A stretch of DNA of 43,385 nucleotides, taken from the NCBI GenBank assembly GCA_039591515.1, contig JBDHDM010000003.1:1-43385 (forward strand), written 5' to 3'. Shown piece after piece: positions 1-9,679 of this stretch. The translations under genes and the position numbers were made by a program. Under the pieces are notes generated by a model. It worked only from the letters and a program-made list of their open reading frames with translations, was not told where the DNA came from and searched no databases. Source of the DNA: Gemmatimonadota bacterium. GTDB lineage: Bacteria; Gemmatimonadota; Gemmatimonadetes; Longimicrobiales; Gaopeijiaceae. How positions within the stretch are numbered: position 1 is the stretch's first letter; every line of letters starts with the position of its first letter.

Positions 1-787
1 GGTCCTGGTTCTTCTCCAGCCGCCGGACGACCGAGCCCTCCTGAAGGGAGTCGTTCCAGATCCACTCGTCGTACGTGACGTCGTGCGTCATCGACACGCG
101 GTTCAGGGCGACTACCGCCCCGATCCTGTCGGTCTCTCCCTGTCGCTCGACCGAGGCGCGGAGGTCCAGGATATCTCCGGACTGCTCGATGCTCGTCGCC
201 CCGGCGTAGAGGAGATCGACGCCGTCCATCGCTTCCAGACGCGCCACCGAGGTACCGATGCCCACGCTCCAGGCTCCACCGCCGAGCCGTCGTCCCGCGA
301 AGCCCGATGCGTATACATTGCGCCCGAACTGGTCGTCGAGCGTTCCAGTCCGGCCGCTGAAACAGCAGACGTCGGAGAAGAAGCGGGTGCCGCCAGGGTC
401 GTTCTCGACCTGTTGCAGGGCCAGAGAAGCGCCCCCGAACCATTGGCCACCGGCGAAAAGCCCTGAAATGGGGAAGGACCGCCCGCCGCCGCCGTCGTCC
501 GAGATCCCGTAGAACGTCGGAGAGCCGAGGAACAGCGTCGAGCCGATGGCGGTGCCGCGCGCCGGATGATTCCAAGCGTCGGCCAGGCTGTCGTCCACCG
601 CGTAGCGGGTGCCCCCCATTCCCATGCTCGCGGAGGGGACGAGGCGGAACTGGTCGCCCGAGGCGACCGGGACAGTTCGTACCGGAATGAGCTGAGCAGC
701 GCCGGGTGCGGCGCTCGCCGCGGTGGAGATCGCCACCGCGGACAGGATGACGGTCAGGCTGCCGGGTCGTCGTCGCGGAACTTCCAT
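1..787 (-). CDS. exported hypothetical protein, probable outer-membrane beta-barrel (3' end runs off the left edge of the window)
   Basis: Absent from the ORF track because no stop lies inside the window. Manual minus-strand translation from ATG 787..785 is uninterrupted to position 1: MEVPRRRPGSLTVILSAVAISTAASAAPGAAQLIPV... This is signal-peptide-like. It is followed by SMGMGGTRYAVDDSLADAWNHPARG, which resembles the N-terminal motif of the barrels at 12984..13934 and 40946..42388. Confidence 0.55.
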   Translation of the reverse strand, partial: MEVPRRRPGSLTVILSAVAISTAASAAPGAAQLIPVRTVPVASGDQFRLVPSASMGMGGTRYAVDDSLADAWNHPARGTAIGSTLFLGSPTFYGISDDGGGGRSFPISGLFAGGQWFGGASLALQQVENDPGGTRFFSDVCCFSGRTGTLDDQFGRNVYASGFAGRRLGGGAWSVGIGTSVARLEAMDGVDLLYAGATSIEQSGDILDLRASVERQGETDRIGAVVALNRVSMTHDVTYDEWIWNDSLQEGSVVRRLEKNQD

Positions 788-872
788 CGGGCTTTCTCCT
801 GTTGCTGCGTCCAAGCCGCGCTCGTATTGGGAACGAGTGGGAAGGCCGCGATGTGACGCGCCGGATCAGCGG

Positions 873-3203
873 TCAGTAGGAGAAAGCGATCCCTGCTACG
901 GGAAGGACGGGGCGGCGGGCCAGAGGGACCAAGGCCCCGTCGGCCGCCCCGTACGCGTAGAAGAGCGCGTCGCGGCGGTCCAGCGGGTTGAGCAGGCGCA
1001 CGTACGGGCGGAGTTGCCACCGGTGACCCATCCACTCGGGTTCGAAGGACGCGTACACCTCCAAGTCGATCCGCAGGAAGGAGAAGTCCGGAGGGGGAAC
1101 GTCGCGTAGGTGGTCCGCCGGCATGGCCGACAGTGTCTCGAGCCCGGGCCCGGCGAGCGCGGCCGACTCGCTCGACCCCAGCGGAACGCCGGTGGTCGGT
1201 AGTCCGGCGCCGTATGCGAAGGTGGCCTCGGCGTGAACCGGGCCCGCTACGGCCCCGGAGAGTCCAGCCGTCAGCAGGTGCCGTCCGGCAAAGGTGCCGG
1301 CGGTGGGCTGGGTGCCGTCCGGCGTCCAGAACCACGAGAGGCCGTATCCCAGCCAGAGCCGCGCCCGTTCCGCACCGCCGCGGACCCGGACGTCGACGCC
1401 CGAGTTCAAGATCGGTGGGTCCTGACGTCCGCCCGTCCCCTCGAAGCGCTTCCAGTAGCCGTCGAGGTCGATCCCCAGGCCGTCACCGAAGCGCTGCTGG
1501 AGCGTGAGCACGACGTGGTCCGCGCGGGCCAGCGGCAGCAGCTCCGCAGTGGCCTGCGGTGGGGCGCCTCCCTGATGCACGAATCCGGTCGAGAGGGATT
1601 GGGTCATCTGGTGGTAACGTCCGGCCGCCAGTGTCACGAGGGCAGAAGGACCGGCCACCCAGGACAGGCTGAAGCGGGGGGACAGCTGTGCGGCGTTGCC
1701 CTGGAAGAGGTCGCCGCGAAGACCGGCCCGCACGCTCACGCCGTCTGCGATGGTGCGGCGCGTCTCCGCGAAGGCGCCGGCAACCGCCCGGTGGCCCTGG
1801 AGCCGAGAGCCGGTCCCCTCGTCTACGACGTCCGCGGCGACCTCCGTGCCGAGACTCTCGACCGATACCCCCGCTCTGAAGGACCTTTCAGGGTCGCCCC
1901 ACGCTGCCTCCACGACCGCCCGAACGCGGCGCGTGGACGCCGAGGCCAGGATATCGGACGGAACCGGGTCGGACTCCGTGGGCGCGGGCCGCAGAGGGAG
2001 CCGAGCCTGGTATCGGCTCGCCCCGACGGACGCGCTCAGGGCGGCGCCACGGACCTCGGTGCTCCAAGCCGCCGACGCGGCCGCGTTGCCCCACTCGGCC
2101 GGCGTCGGGCGGTCGCGGTAGTCGAGCCGCACCGATTCCGCGTTCCAGAAGCCCGTGGCCCGAATCCGATGACCTTCGGCCGGCTGGGCGTCGAGCGAGA
2201 CGAGCCCGTCCGTGTAGCCGTAGGGCCGAGATCCGTCCACTGCCGGCTGTCCGACGCCGTTGAGGTGTCGGCCGGACGCGATCACCCCCGCGTGCCGGCC
2301 GAGAGGGACCTCCGCGGTCAGCGCGCTCGCGAGCAGATCGACGGACCCCGAGACGCGGAGTCGGTCTCGGCGGGCGGTTCGGGTCCGAAGGTCGAGGATG
2401 TGGGTCAAGCCGCCGTCGTATCGAGCCGGTGCTCCACCTCGATGGAAGCGAGCGCTCGACAGCACGCTGGCGTCGAGCCCGCGCACGAGCCCGGCAACCT
2501 GATATGGCGTCACGACGGGGACACCGTCCAACAAGACGAGCTTCAGCTCCGTGCTGCTTCCGCGCATGAAGAGAACGTCGGTCGGGTCAGCCGGGTCTCT
2601 TCCAGGAAGGGCGCGGACCGCGTCGGAGACACTGGTCTCGGAGGCGCCCGTCCCAGACTCCATGATCTCTCTCAAGACCAAGAACTCTCCGTCACGGGGA
2701 TCGGCCGGGTCGGCGTCGGGGATCGCGCCCGTCGCCTCCTCGGCGGCTCGGACGTCGACGCTCCCCAGCTCGAGCGGAGTGGCGAGGAGCTCTAGATCCA
2801 CGTGCAGCGTGCTGCCCTCTGCGAGCATGACCACGAGGCGCACGGCGTCGTGGCCCGGATATGAGGCGCGGATCCGGACGGGTCCGGCGGGGAGGCCGGT
2901 CAGCCGATACCGACCCACCTCGTCCGCTGTGAGCGTCTCCGACACACCCGCCCCGACGACCTCCACGACGGCCGAGGGCAGCGTGCGGATGCCGTCCCCG
3001 AACCGGCTATGAACGGTTCCCGTCAGCGTCGCCCGGTCGGGCGAGGCACCGCGGTTTTCGGATCCGACGGCCTGAGCCGCGATCGGTGCCGGGAGTCCCG
3101 AGCCCATGCCCGGTGTGACCGCGAGCGCGAGGAGCGTGCAAACAGATACACGGCGTGGCCACGGAGCGGGGCGCCCCCTCCACTCTGCGGGATCGCGTCG
3201 CAC
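873..3203 (-). CDS. TonB-dependent receptor-like outer-membrane protein with N-terminal carboxypeptidase-regulatory-like (CarboxypepD_reg) domain
   Basis: Lies in the 951-aa ORF 873..3728. I start it at GTG 3203, the first start codon downstream of the anti-sigma stop at 3220. Signal peptide RRVSVCTLLALAVTPGMGSGLPAPIAAQA. CarboxypepD_reg-like stretch LTGTVHS...VVEVVGAGVSETLTADEVGRYRLTGLPAGPVRIRASYPGHD. Plug-like LFMRGSSTELKLVLLDGVPV. Long Gly/Ser/Arg/Tyr-rich barrel ending in an aromatic residue (GIAFSY). ATG 3107 is an alternative start. Confidence 0.75.
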   Translation of the reverse strand: MRRDPAEWRGRPAPWPRRVSVCTLLALAVTPGMGSGLPAPIAAQAVGSENRGASPDRATLTGTVHSRFGDGIRTLPSAVVEVVGAGVSETLTADEVGRYRLTGLPAGPVRIRASYPGHDAVRLVVMLAEGSTLHVDLELLATPLELGSVDVRAAEEATGAIPDADPADPRDGEFLVLREIMESGTGASETSVSDAVRALPGRDPADPTDVLFMRGSSTELKLVLLDGVPVVTPYQVAGLVRGLDASVLSSARFHRGGAPARYDGGLTHILDLRTRTARRDRLRVSGSVDLLASALTAEVPLGRHAGVIASGRHLNGVGQPAVDGSRPYGYTDGLVSLDAQPAEGHRIRATGFWNAESVRLDYRDRPTPAEWGNAAASAAWSTEVRGAALSASVGASRYQARLPLRPAPTESDPVPSDILASASTRRVRAVVEAAWGDPERSFRAGVSVESLGTEVAADVVDEGTGSRLQGHRAVAGAFAETRRTIADGVSVRAGLRGDLFQGNAAQLSPRFSLSWVAGPSALVTLAAGRYHQMTQSLSTGFVHQGGAPPQATAELLPLARADHVVLTLQQRFGDGLGIDLDGYWKRFEGTGGRQDPPILNSGVDVRVRGGAERARLWLGYGLSWFWTPDGTQPTAGTFAGRHLLTAGLSGAVAGPVHAEATFAYGAGLPTTGVPLGSSESAALAGPGLETLSAMPADHLRDVPPPDFSFLRIDLEVYASFEPEWMGHRWQLRPYVRLLNPLDRRDALFYAYGAADGALVPLARRPVLPVAGIAFSY

Positions 3204-3219
3204 GGCCGCCTCGTCTCCG

Positions 3220-3948
3220 TCAACGCCCGGGCGCGGGGAAGACCGTCCGCCCGCCCGAGCTCTCGTCACTGGTGCCCTCGAATACCATACGCCCGTTGAT
3301 CCGAAGGGATACCCAGGCGGCCGTGCGCGGGATGCCGAGGCGGACGGGCCCGTTCGGGGCGCGCACCGTGGCGCCGGCTCCGGCGACCGAGTACCTCGCC
3401 CCGGGGCCGGCCGAGATCCAGGCGGTGGAACCCTCCAGCCAGAGAACCTCCACCTCACGCCCCGGCGCGACCTCCTCGACGAACAGCTCCAGCCGCGGAC
3501 CGACGGGGACGAGCACCGCTTCCTGCGGCATGGCCTCGGGGGTCGCCTCCACTCCCACGGCCGGCGCAGCCTCGCTGAGGCCGGACGCGGACGCGGGGCG
3601 CGACTCGCCACGCCCCAGCCAGCCGGGCACCGGCGAGCCCGGGACGGCGTACGCCGCCCCCGCCGACATTGCGAGGATGGCGGCAGCTCGTCTGAACGCA
3701 CGGGAGAACAGGCGCGGCGCAGCCGCACGCTCGGTGTCGAGACGCCTTCGCACGCGTGCCTTCGCGAGAGCCGCGTCGGGCGTGCCGGCTCGCCCAGACA
3801 GCATCGACTCGATCGCCTCCCCGCGCTTGCGAGCTTCCGCCAGCCGCGCGCGGCACGCGGCGCAGCCCCTCAGGTGTTCCTCGAGCCTCGGGTCGGTCGA
3901 CTCACCGTCACGGATCGTGACGAGAGCGGCATCGTCCAGGTGTGTCAT
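3220..3948 (-). CDS. anti-sigma factor, zinc-binding (ZAS, zf-HC2-type), single-pass membrane protein
   Basis: Starts MTHLDDAALVTIRDGES. H-x3-C-x2-C motif HLRGCAAC. One hydrophobic helix, AAAILAMSAGAAYAV. About 130-aa extracytoplasmic C-terminal domain. ATG 3948..3946 overlaps the sigma-factor stop (ATGA, 3945..3948). Confidence 0.75.
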   Translation of the reverse strand: MTHLDDAALVTIRDGESTDPRLEEHLRGCAACRARLAEARKRGEAIESMLSGRAGTPDAALAKARVRRRLDTERAAAPRLFSRAFRRAAAILAMSAGAAYAVPGSPVPGWLGRGESRPASASGLSEAAPAVGVEATPEAMPQEAVLVPVGPRLELFVEEVAPGREVEVLWLEGSTAWISAGPGARYSVAGAGATVRAPNGPVRLGIPRTAAWVSLRINGRMVFEGTSDESSGGRTVFPAPGR

Positions 3949-4454
3949 ACGGCCTCCCCTGCGCCCTGCATCGCGTCCGCGAAGCGGCGCTCGGCGCGCG
4001 CCAGGGTGGTACCGACCGAGCTCGATGCGAGCCCGACGGCGTCCGCGATCTCCCGGTAGCTGAATCCGGAGTACCGCATCATCAATACCTCTCGATCTCG
4101 TGGGGTCAGGTGGGCGAGAGCAGCGCGCACGACGGCCCGCGCTTCCGCACGCTCGAGCCTTCGCTCGGGTGAGTCGCCTTCGGCAGACACGTCGTGGTGC
4201 TGCTCGAGCAGACGCTTCCGGTTGCTCTCTACGCGGTGCCGATCTCGGACGAGATGAGTGGCCGTCTTGAACAGCCAGGCCCGGACACCGATGGGCGAGC
4301 CCCGCAGCTCGTTCCCGAAAAGCCGGCACAGGCTCTCCTGGGCCACGTCCTCGGCGAAGTCGGGATCGCCGGTGAGACCGCGGCAGTACCGAACGAGCGC
4401 GTCGTAGTTCGCGTCGAAGGTCGCGTCGAAGTCCAGGGTGGAGGCTCTTTGCAC
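3945..4454 (-). CDS. ECF-family RNA polymerase sigma-70 factor
   Basis: Region 2 (FDANYDALVRYCRGLTGDPDFAEDVAQESLCRLF...WLFKTATHLVRDRHR) and region 4 (LTPRDREVLMMRYSGFSYREIADAVGLASSSVGTTLARAERRF). Start taken at GTG 4454. The 66 aa upstream of it in the track ORF are Arg/Pro-rich and unlike a sigma factor. Confidence 0.85.
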   Translation of the reverse strand: MQRASTLDFDATFDANYDALVRYCRGLTGDPDFAEDVAQESLCRLFGNELRGSPIGVRAWLFKTATHLVRDRHRVESNRKRLLEQHHDVSAEGDSPERRLERAEARAVVRAALAHLTPRDREVLMMRYSGFSYREIADAVGLASSSVGTTLARAERRFADAMQGAGEAV

Positions 4455-4700
4455 GTAGGGGCGAGCTCGGGTCGAAGACGGACGGGTCGCTCCTCGGCAC
4501 TCGGGAGTGCTCCGTCTCCGTTCCAACGATTCGAGGGAGAATTGTGTGACACGGCCGCTCCCGGCGCGTTGCCGCCCCGGCTCGTCCGCCTCACATTTTT
4601 GTACGAGGGCCGGTCCGGGCGGTTGCTCCGGCCGGCCCTTCGCCATGGCCACGGGTTCGCCGCCCTTGGCGCCTTCCTCCCCGTCTTCCGGAGCCGTACC

Positions 4701-7064
4701 ATGCGACCTTTGGTCGCCACGACGCCGTGCGTCGCCCGCCGATCGCCGGCCTCACGTCCCCTCCTCGCGGTCTTGATCACCACGGCGTGTCTCGTCGGGG
4801 GCCCGGCGGCGAGCGCGCAGACGGTCCAACTCTCGGCCGACGACTATGGGCGCGCGGAGCGCTTCCTGACCGCCCATACCACACCGATGGTGAGCGGTGG
4901 CTCGGTACGCCCCGTGTGGTTGGACGACGGTCGATTCTGGTATCGGAACACCGTGCCCGGGGGTTGGGAGTTCGTCATGGTCGACCCGACTGCTGCGGAG
5001 AAAGGCCGAGCGTTCGATCATGATCGCCTTGCGGACGCGCTGTCGACCGTGGTCAGCGGACAGCTCGAGGCCCTCGAGCTGCCGATTCGAGCCATCGAGC
5101 TCGAGGGTCACGAGGTGACGTTGGGGCTGAGCGACGACCTGTACGCCCGCTGTGATCTCGAAGCGTACACGTGTGCGGAGACCACACCGGCACGTACTCC
5201 GACCCGGTCCGGGGAGGTGCTCTCCCCGGACGGTCGGATGGTCGTCTTCATCCGAGACCACAACCTCTGGGTGCGCGATCTGGAGAGTGCCGACGAGACC
5301 CAGCTGACGACGGACGGCGTCGAGGACTACGGCTACGGCACGAACAACGCCGGCTGGGTCCGGAGGGACCGGCCGGTCGTGAAGTGGTCGCCGGATTCCC
5401 GGAAGATCGCGACGTTCCAGCATGACGCGCGGGGCGTCGGGATGATGTACCTCGCCACGACGAAGGTCGGGCACCCCGAACTCGACGCGTGGCGTTATCC
5501 ACTTCCCGAGGACACCGTCATCTTCCGTGTCGAGCGCGTCGTCCTCGATCTCGACCGCTCTGAAGGCGACCACGTGGTCCGGCTCGACATGGAGCCCGAT
5601 CAGCACCGCTCGACATGCAGCGACCACATCGAGTGTGGCGGTGCGCTCGGAGACCTGGAGTGGAGCGCGGACGGCACGGGCTTCGCCTTCGTGTCGACGT
5701 CTCGGGACCACAAGTCCGCGAAGGTGCGTATTGCCGATGCGCGGACGGGCGAGGTCCGAGACCTCTTCGAGGAGGTCGAGGAGACCTTCTACGAATCCCA
5801 GAGCGGTTGGCGCTATCTCTCGTCGAGCGACGAGATCCTCTGGTTTTCGCAGCGCGACAATTGGGGGAATCTCTTCCTCTACGATGCGCAAAGCGGTGCG
5901 CTCAAGCGCAAGGTCACCACGGGCGAGTGGAACGCCCTCGACATCCGCGAAGTGGACGAGGACGCCCGGACGGTGACGTTCGTCGGCAACGAGCGCGAGC
6001 CCGGTGATCCGTACTTCGAGTACCTCTACCGGGTCGGACTCGACGACGGGGAGGTGACGCTTCTGACGCCCGACAGTGCGAACCACCAGGTGACGTTGTC
6101 GCCCGACGGCACCTACCTCGTGGACTCCTACTCAACGCCGATCGTTCCACCCGTCACGGTGCTCCGTGACCGGGAGGGCGAGGTCGTCCTGACGCTCGAG
6201 GAGGCCGACATCTCGCGCCTCGAGGCATCGGGGTGGCAGCCGCCCATGCCCTTCAGCGTGAAGGCCCGAGACGGCGAGACCGACCTCCACGGCCTGCTTT
6301 TCCGCCCGCTCGGTTTCGATCCGACGCGCAAGTACCCCGTCGTGAACTACCTCTACCCCGGACCACAGAGTGGCTCGGTCGGGTCCAGGAGCTTCCGCGC
6401 TTCTCACCGCGACCTGCAGGCGATCGCCGAGCTCGGCTTCGTGGTCATCGAGCTCGACGCCATGGGCACGCCCAAGCGGTCGAAGGAGTTCCACGAGGCG
6501 TACTACGGGAACATGGGCGACAACGGGCTTCCGGATCAGATGGGCGGAATCCGACAGCTGGCCGAACGTCACTCGTGGATCGACCTGGAGCGCGTCGGAA
6601 TCTACGGGCACTCGGGCGGCGGCTTCGCCGCGGCCGACGCCATCATGCGCTATCCCGATTTCTACGACGTCGCCGTTTCGCAGGCCGGTAACCACGACAA
6701 CCGGAACTACGAGGACGATTGGGGAGAGAAGTGGCAGGGGCTCCTCGAGGTGTACCCGGACGGATCCACCAACTACGACAACCAGGCCAATCAACTCCTG
6801 GCCGAGAACTTGCGAGGGAAGCTCTTGATCGCGCACGGGACGATGGACACCAACGTTCCGGCCTCGAACACGATGCTCGTCGTGGATGCGCTGATCGAAG
6901 CGAACAAGGATTTCGATCTGCTCCTCTTGCCCAACCGCGGTCACGGATTCGGGAACGAGCCGTATATGATGAGACGTCGTTGGGACTACTTCGTTCGGCA
7001 CCTTCTGGGCGCCGAACCCCCACAGGGGTACGAGATCGGGCGCCTCGGGCCTCCGATCGGATAA
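4701..7064 (+). CDS. S9-family serine peptidase, dipeptidyl-peptidase IV-like (beta-propeller plus alpha/beta hydrolase), secreted
   Basis: ATG 4701 is in frame with ORF 4194..7064. Signal peptide MRPLVATTPCVARRSPASRPLLAVLITTACLVGGPAASAQ. Catalytic triad context YGHSGGGF (GxSxG), HGTMDTNV, PNRGHGF. Confidence 0.85.
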   Translation: MRPLVATTPCVARRSPASRPLLAVLITTACLVGGPAASAQTVQLSADDYGRAERFLTAHTTPMVSGGSVRPVWLDDGRFWYRNTVPGGWEFVMVDPTAAEKGRAFDHDRLADALSTVVSGQLEALELPIRAIELEGHEVTLGLSDDLYARCDLEAYTCAETTPARTPTRSGEVLSPDGRMVVFIRDHNLWVRDLESADETQLTTDGVEDYGYGTNNAGWVRRDRPVVKWSPDSRKIATFQHDARGVGMMYLATTKVGHPELDAWRYPLPEDTVIFRVERVVLDLDRSEGDHVVRLDMEPDQHRSTCSDHIECGGALGDLEWSADGTGFAFVSTSRDHKSAKVRIADARTGEVRDLFEEVEETFYESQSGWRYLSSSDEILWFSQRDNWGNLFLYDAQSGALKRKVTTGEWNALDIREVDEDARTVTFVGNEREPGDPYFEYLYRVGLDDGEVTLLTPDSANHQVTLSPDGTYLVDSYSTPIVPPVTVLRDREGEVVLTLEEADISRLEASGWQPPMPFSVKARDGETDLHGLLFRPLGFDPTRKYPVVNYLYPGPQSGSVGSRSFRASHRDLQAIAELGFVVIELDAMGTPKRSKEFHEAYYGNMGDNGLPDQMGGIRQLAERHSWIDLERVGIYGHSGGGFAAADAIMRYPDFYDVAVSQAGNHDNRNYEDDWGEKWQGLLEVYPDGSTNYDNQANQLLAENLRGKLLIAHGTMDTNVPASNTMLVVDALIEANKDFDLLLLPNRGHGFGNEPYMMRRRWDYFVRHLLGAEPPQGYEIGRLGPPIG

Positions 7065-7074
7065 GGGCGCGCGC

Positions 7075-8100
7075 ATGCGGCATCGGCATCTGAGCTGGGT
7101 TCTGACGGTTCTGGTGGCGAGCGCGTGCGACGCGGGCCCGTCCGAGCTCGATGGACCATTTCTCGGGATCCAGGCGGAGCTCTATCTCAACGCGGCTCTC
7201 GACGTCATGGAGTTCAATTCCATCAAGCGCTACGAGATCGATTGGCCCGCGTTCCGTGCCGCGGCGCGGGCGGATGCCGAGGCGTCGGCTGCGGTGGGGC
7301 CTGCCGGTACCTATCCGGCCATCGTCGCCGCACTGGAGCGGCTCGGAGACAACCACAGCTTCTTCCGTGCTCCGGGCGGGACACAGCTCGCCATGTCGTC
7401 GTCAGCCCAATCGGCCCCGGCCCTCGTGGACCCGTCGACCCAGCTGGTCGCGCCGGGTGTCGGATACGTGGACGTGCCGGCGTATTCCGGTGGGGGGGCG
7501 GAAGGCGACACGCTCGCCTCCAACTACCACCGCCTCATCGAGAGCGTCGACACGCTCGGCACGTCTTGCCGATGGGTGATCGATCTCAGGGGCAACACCG
7601 GGGGCAACATGTGGCCCATGCTCGCCGGTGTGGGGCCGGTCCTGGGTGAGGACACCGTGGGCTTCTTCGTCGACCCGGACAGCGTGATCAACACGTGGTT
7701 GTACGAAGGCGGGCGTGCCGCCGTGGGGGACACCGTCATCGCGATCGCCTCTCCGGCCTACGAGCTGATCTCCCCCCTTCCCTTTGTCGCCGTGCTCACG
7801 GACGGTGCGACGGCGAGCTCGGGGGAAGCGATCGCGGTGGCGTTCCGTGGGCGGGACGGCGCACGATCGTTCGGTGAGGCAACCTGGGGCGTTTCGACCG
7901 CCAACGCCGCGTTCCTGCTCCAGGACGGGGCCGTGATCTTCCTCACCGTATCCACGATGGCAGATCGGCTCGGGACCCTGTATGGCACCGAGCTCATGCC
8001 CGACGAGGTCGTGTCCGGGGGCACCAAGACGGGCGACGTCGCCTCCGACGTGGTGCTCGACGCCGCCGTGACCTGGCTCGAGGCTCAGGTCTGCTCGTAG
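7075..8100 (+). CDS. S41-family peptidase-like lipoprotein
   Basis: Lipobox VLVASAC. WVIDLRGNTGGNMWPM and TDGATASSGEAIAVAF (Ser nucleophile context) are typical of the S41 / tail-specific protease catalytic domain. Starts 10 nt after the S9 peptidase stop. Confidence 0.72.
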   Translation: MRHRHLSWVLTVLVASACDAGPSELDGPFLGIQAELYLNAALDVMEFNSIKRYEIDWPAFRAAARADAEASAAVGPAGTYPAIVAALERLGDNHSFFRAPGGTQLAMSSSAQSAPALVDPSTQLVAPGVGYVDVPAYSGGGAEGDTLASNYHRLIESVDTLGTSCRWVIDLRGNTGGNMWPMLAGVGPVLGEDTVGFFVDPDSVINTWLYEGGRAAVGDTVIAIASPAYELISPLPFVAVLTDGATASSGEAIAVAFRGRDGARSFGEATWGVSTANAAFLLQDGAVIFLTVSTMADRLGTLYGTELMPDEVVSGGTKTGDVASDVVLDAAVTWLEAQVCS

Positions 8101-8170
8101 CGCATCCGCACGCGACTTTGCGGCGGGAGCGGGTGGCGTGCACCTTGGGCGACCACGTCCAAGGTTGCCC

Positions 8171-9037
8171 ATGTCCCAAGCTCTCGACGATCCGCTCCGA
8201 AAGCCGACCGACGAGGAGATCGAGGTCTACGGTCTGACCCATCAGGGGAAGGTCCGGCCGCACAACGAGGACCACTTTCTCGTCTGCCAGCTCCGAAAGC
8301 AGATCGACATCCAGCTCACGAGCCTGCCACGGGCCGAGTTCAGCGGCGTCGGGACCGAACGGCTGGCGTTTCTCGCCATGGTCGCCGACGGGGTCGGAGG
8401 AAACCGCAGCGGCGAGGCGGCCAGTCGGACGGCGATCACCACCGTCACCCGGTACGTGTCCGAATGCATCGACGCCTACTACACGGCCGACGCGACCGAC
8501 CACGACGCGTTCACCGGGGCGCTCCACGGTGCCGCGCTTCGCGTCCACCACGATCTCGTGGAAGTGGGGGAGGCCGATCCGTCGAAGGAGGGCATGGCCA
8601 CGACCCTGACGCTCTTCATCGGGGTGTGGCCGTACATCTATCTGCTCCACGTCGGCGACAGCCGCCACTACGTCCTGCGCGACGGAGTGCTCGAGCAGGG
8701 GACGCGGGATCAGACCATCGGCCAGGCGCTCGTCGACGAAGGCGTCCTCACCGACAGCCAGGCCGTCCGCCTCAGCGTCGGTCCTCTCCTTTCGAGCGCG
8801 ATCGGCGGCTCGGAGACGGCGCCCGTGGTGCATCGGATGGACTCCGGGTGGGGGCACGTCCACATGCTCTGTAGCGACGGCCTGACCAAGCACGTTTCCG
8901 ACGAGCGGATCCGAGAGCGCCTGTCGAACATGACCTCCGCCCAACAGGTGTGCGAAGCCCTCCTCGAAGACGCGCTCGCGGACGGAGGGAGCGACAACAT
9001 CACGATCATCGTCGGCCGGACCGTCAAGAAGAGGTGA
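8171..9037 (+). CDS. PP2C-family Ser/Thr protein phosphatase
   Basis: Motifs YGLTHQGKVRPHNEDHF, AMVADGVGG, HVGDSRHYVL, CSDGL, GGSDNITIIV. ATG 8171 is preferred. GTG 8138, the track start, is an alternative. Confidence 0.85.
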   Translation: MSQALDDPLRKPTDEEIEVYGLTHQGKVRPHNEDHFLVCQLRKQIDIQLTSLPRAEFSGVGTERLAFLAMVADGVGGNRSGEAASRTAITTVTRYVSECIDAYYTADATDHDAFTGALHGAALRVHHDLVEVGEADPSKEGMATTLTLFIGVWPYIYLLHVGDSRHYVLRDGVLEQGTRDQTIGQALVDEGVLTDSQAVRLSVGPLLSSAIGGSETAPVVHRMDSGWGHVHMLCSDGLTKHVSDERIRERLSNMTSAQQVCEALLEDALADGGSDNITIIVGRTVKKR

Positions 9038-9039
9038 TC

Positions 9040-9069
9040 GGCGGCCCGGGTGGTGTCACCCCGGCCGCC
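9040..9069. terminator. GC-rich hairpin between convergent genes (possible bidirectional terminator, no U-tract)
   Basis: GGCGGCC(C)GGG - tggtgtcac - CCCGGCCGCC. This is 10 bp with one bulged C. It sits between the PP2C stop (9037) and the PPIase stop (9076). Confidence 0.3.
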
Positions 9070-9075
9070 CTGCCG

Positions 9076-9549
9076 TCATTCGTCCTCGCTGACCGTCACC
9101 TTCTCCATCACGACGTCTTGCAGCGGTCGGTCGGCCCGGCCGGTCTGCAGCATGCCGATTGCTTCGACGACGTCCATGCCGGACGTGACCTTGCCGAAGA
9201 CTGCGTGCTTGCCGTCGAGCCAGGAGGTCGGAGCGAGCGTGATGAAGAACTGGGAGCCCCCGGTGTTCGGTCCCGCGTTCGCCATCGAGAAGACTCCCGC
9301 GCCGTCGTGCGTCAGACCCGGCCCGAACTCGTCTCGGATGTGATACCCCGGTCCGCCCCTGCCCGTCCCTTCCGGGCAGCCACCCTGGATCATGAAGCCC
9401 GCGATCACGCGGTGAAAGATGAGCCCGTCGTAATACCCCTTCTTGGCGAGATCGATGAAGTTGTTCGCCGTCGTCGGGGCGAGGTCCTTGAACATCTCGG
9501 CGACGATCGTGCCGTGGTTGGTCTGTATCGTGACGGTCGGGTTGGCCAT
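9076..9549 (-). CDS. ppiB: peptidyl-prolyl cis-trans isomerase, cyclophilin type
   Basis: Near-complete cyclophilin signature: [40 protein letters not shown]...[17 protein letters not shown]...[11 protein letters not shown]. Confidence 0.93.
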   Translation of the reverse strand: MANPTVTIQTNHGTIVAEMFKDLAPTTANNFIDLAKKGYYDGLIFHRVIAGFMIQGGCPEGTGRGGPGYHIRDEFGPGLTHDGAGVFSMANAGPNTGGSQFFITLAPTSWLDGKHAVFGKVTSGMDVVEAIGMLQTGRADRPLQDVVMEKVTVSEDE

Positions 9550-9679
9550 GCTCTCTCCATTTCGATTGTGGCGCTCCCGGCTCGGAGCGACACGATGCCG
9601 TGTACCTACCCCGCGACTCGGGGAGGCCTAACCTGTATACGTCACCGTGCGATTGCCAGCCTTCCGGGTGCGGGCCATC

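Noticed and set aside
3204-3728. N-terminal 175-aa extension of the TonB-receptor ORF (track start 3728), and the 97-aa extension of the cytochrome ORF (36709..36999).
   Set aside because: The extensions are Arg/Pro-rich and lie upstream of the obvious signal peptides. The first overlaps the well-supported anti-sigma gene, and the second overlaps the 3' end of the VOC gene.
4499-4524. GGAAC motif (minus strand, 4524..4520) about 65 nt upstream of the ECF sigma start, considered as an autoregulated ECF promoter -35 element.
   Set aside because: At the expected 16-17 nt spacing the sequence is CGAGT rather than the CGT(C/A) -10 core. A single 5-mer is not enough to call a promoter.
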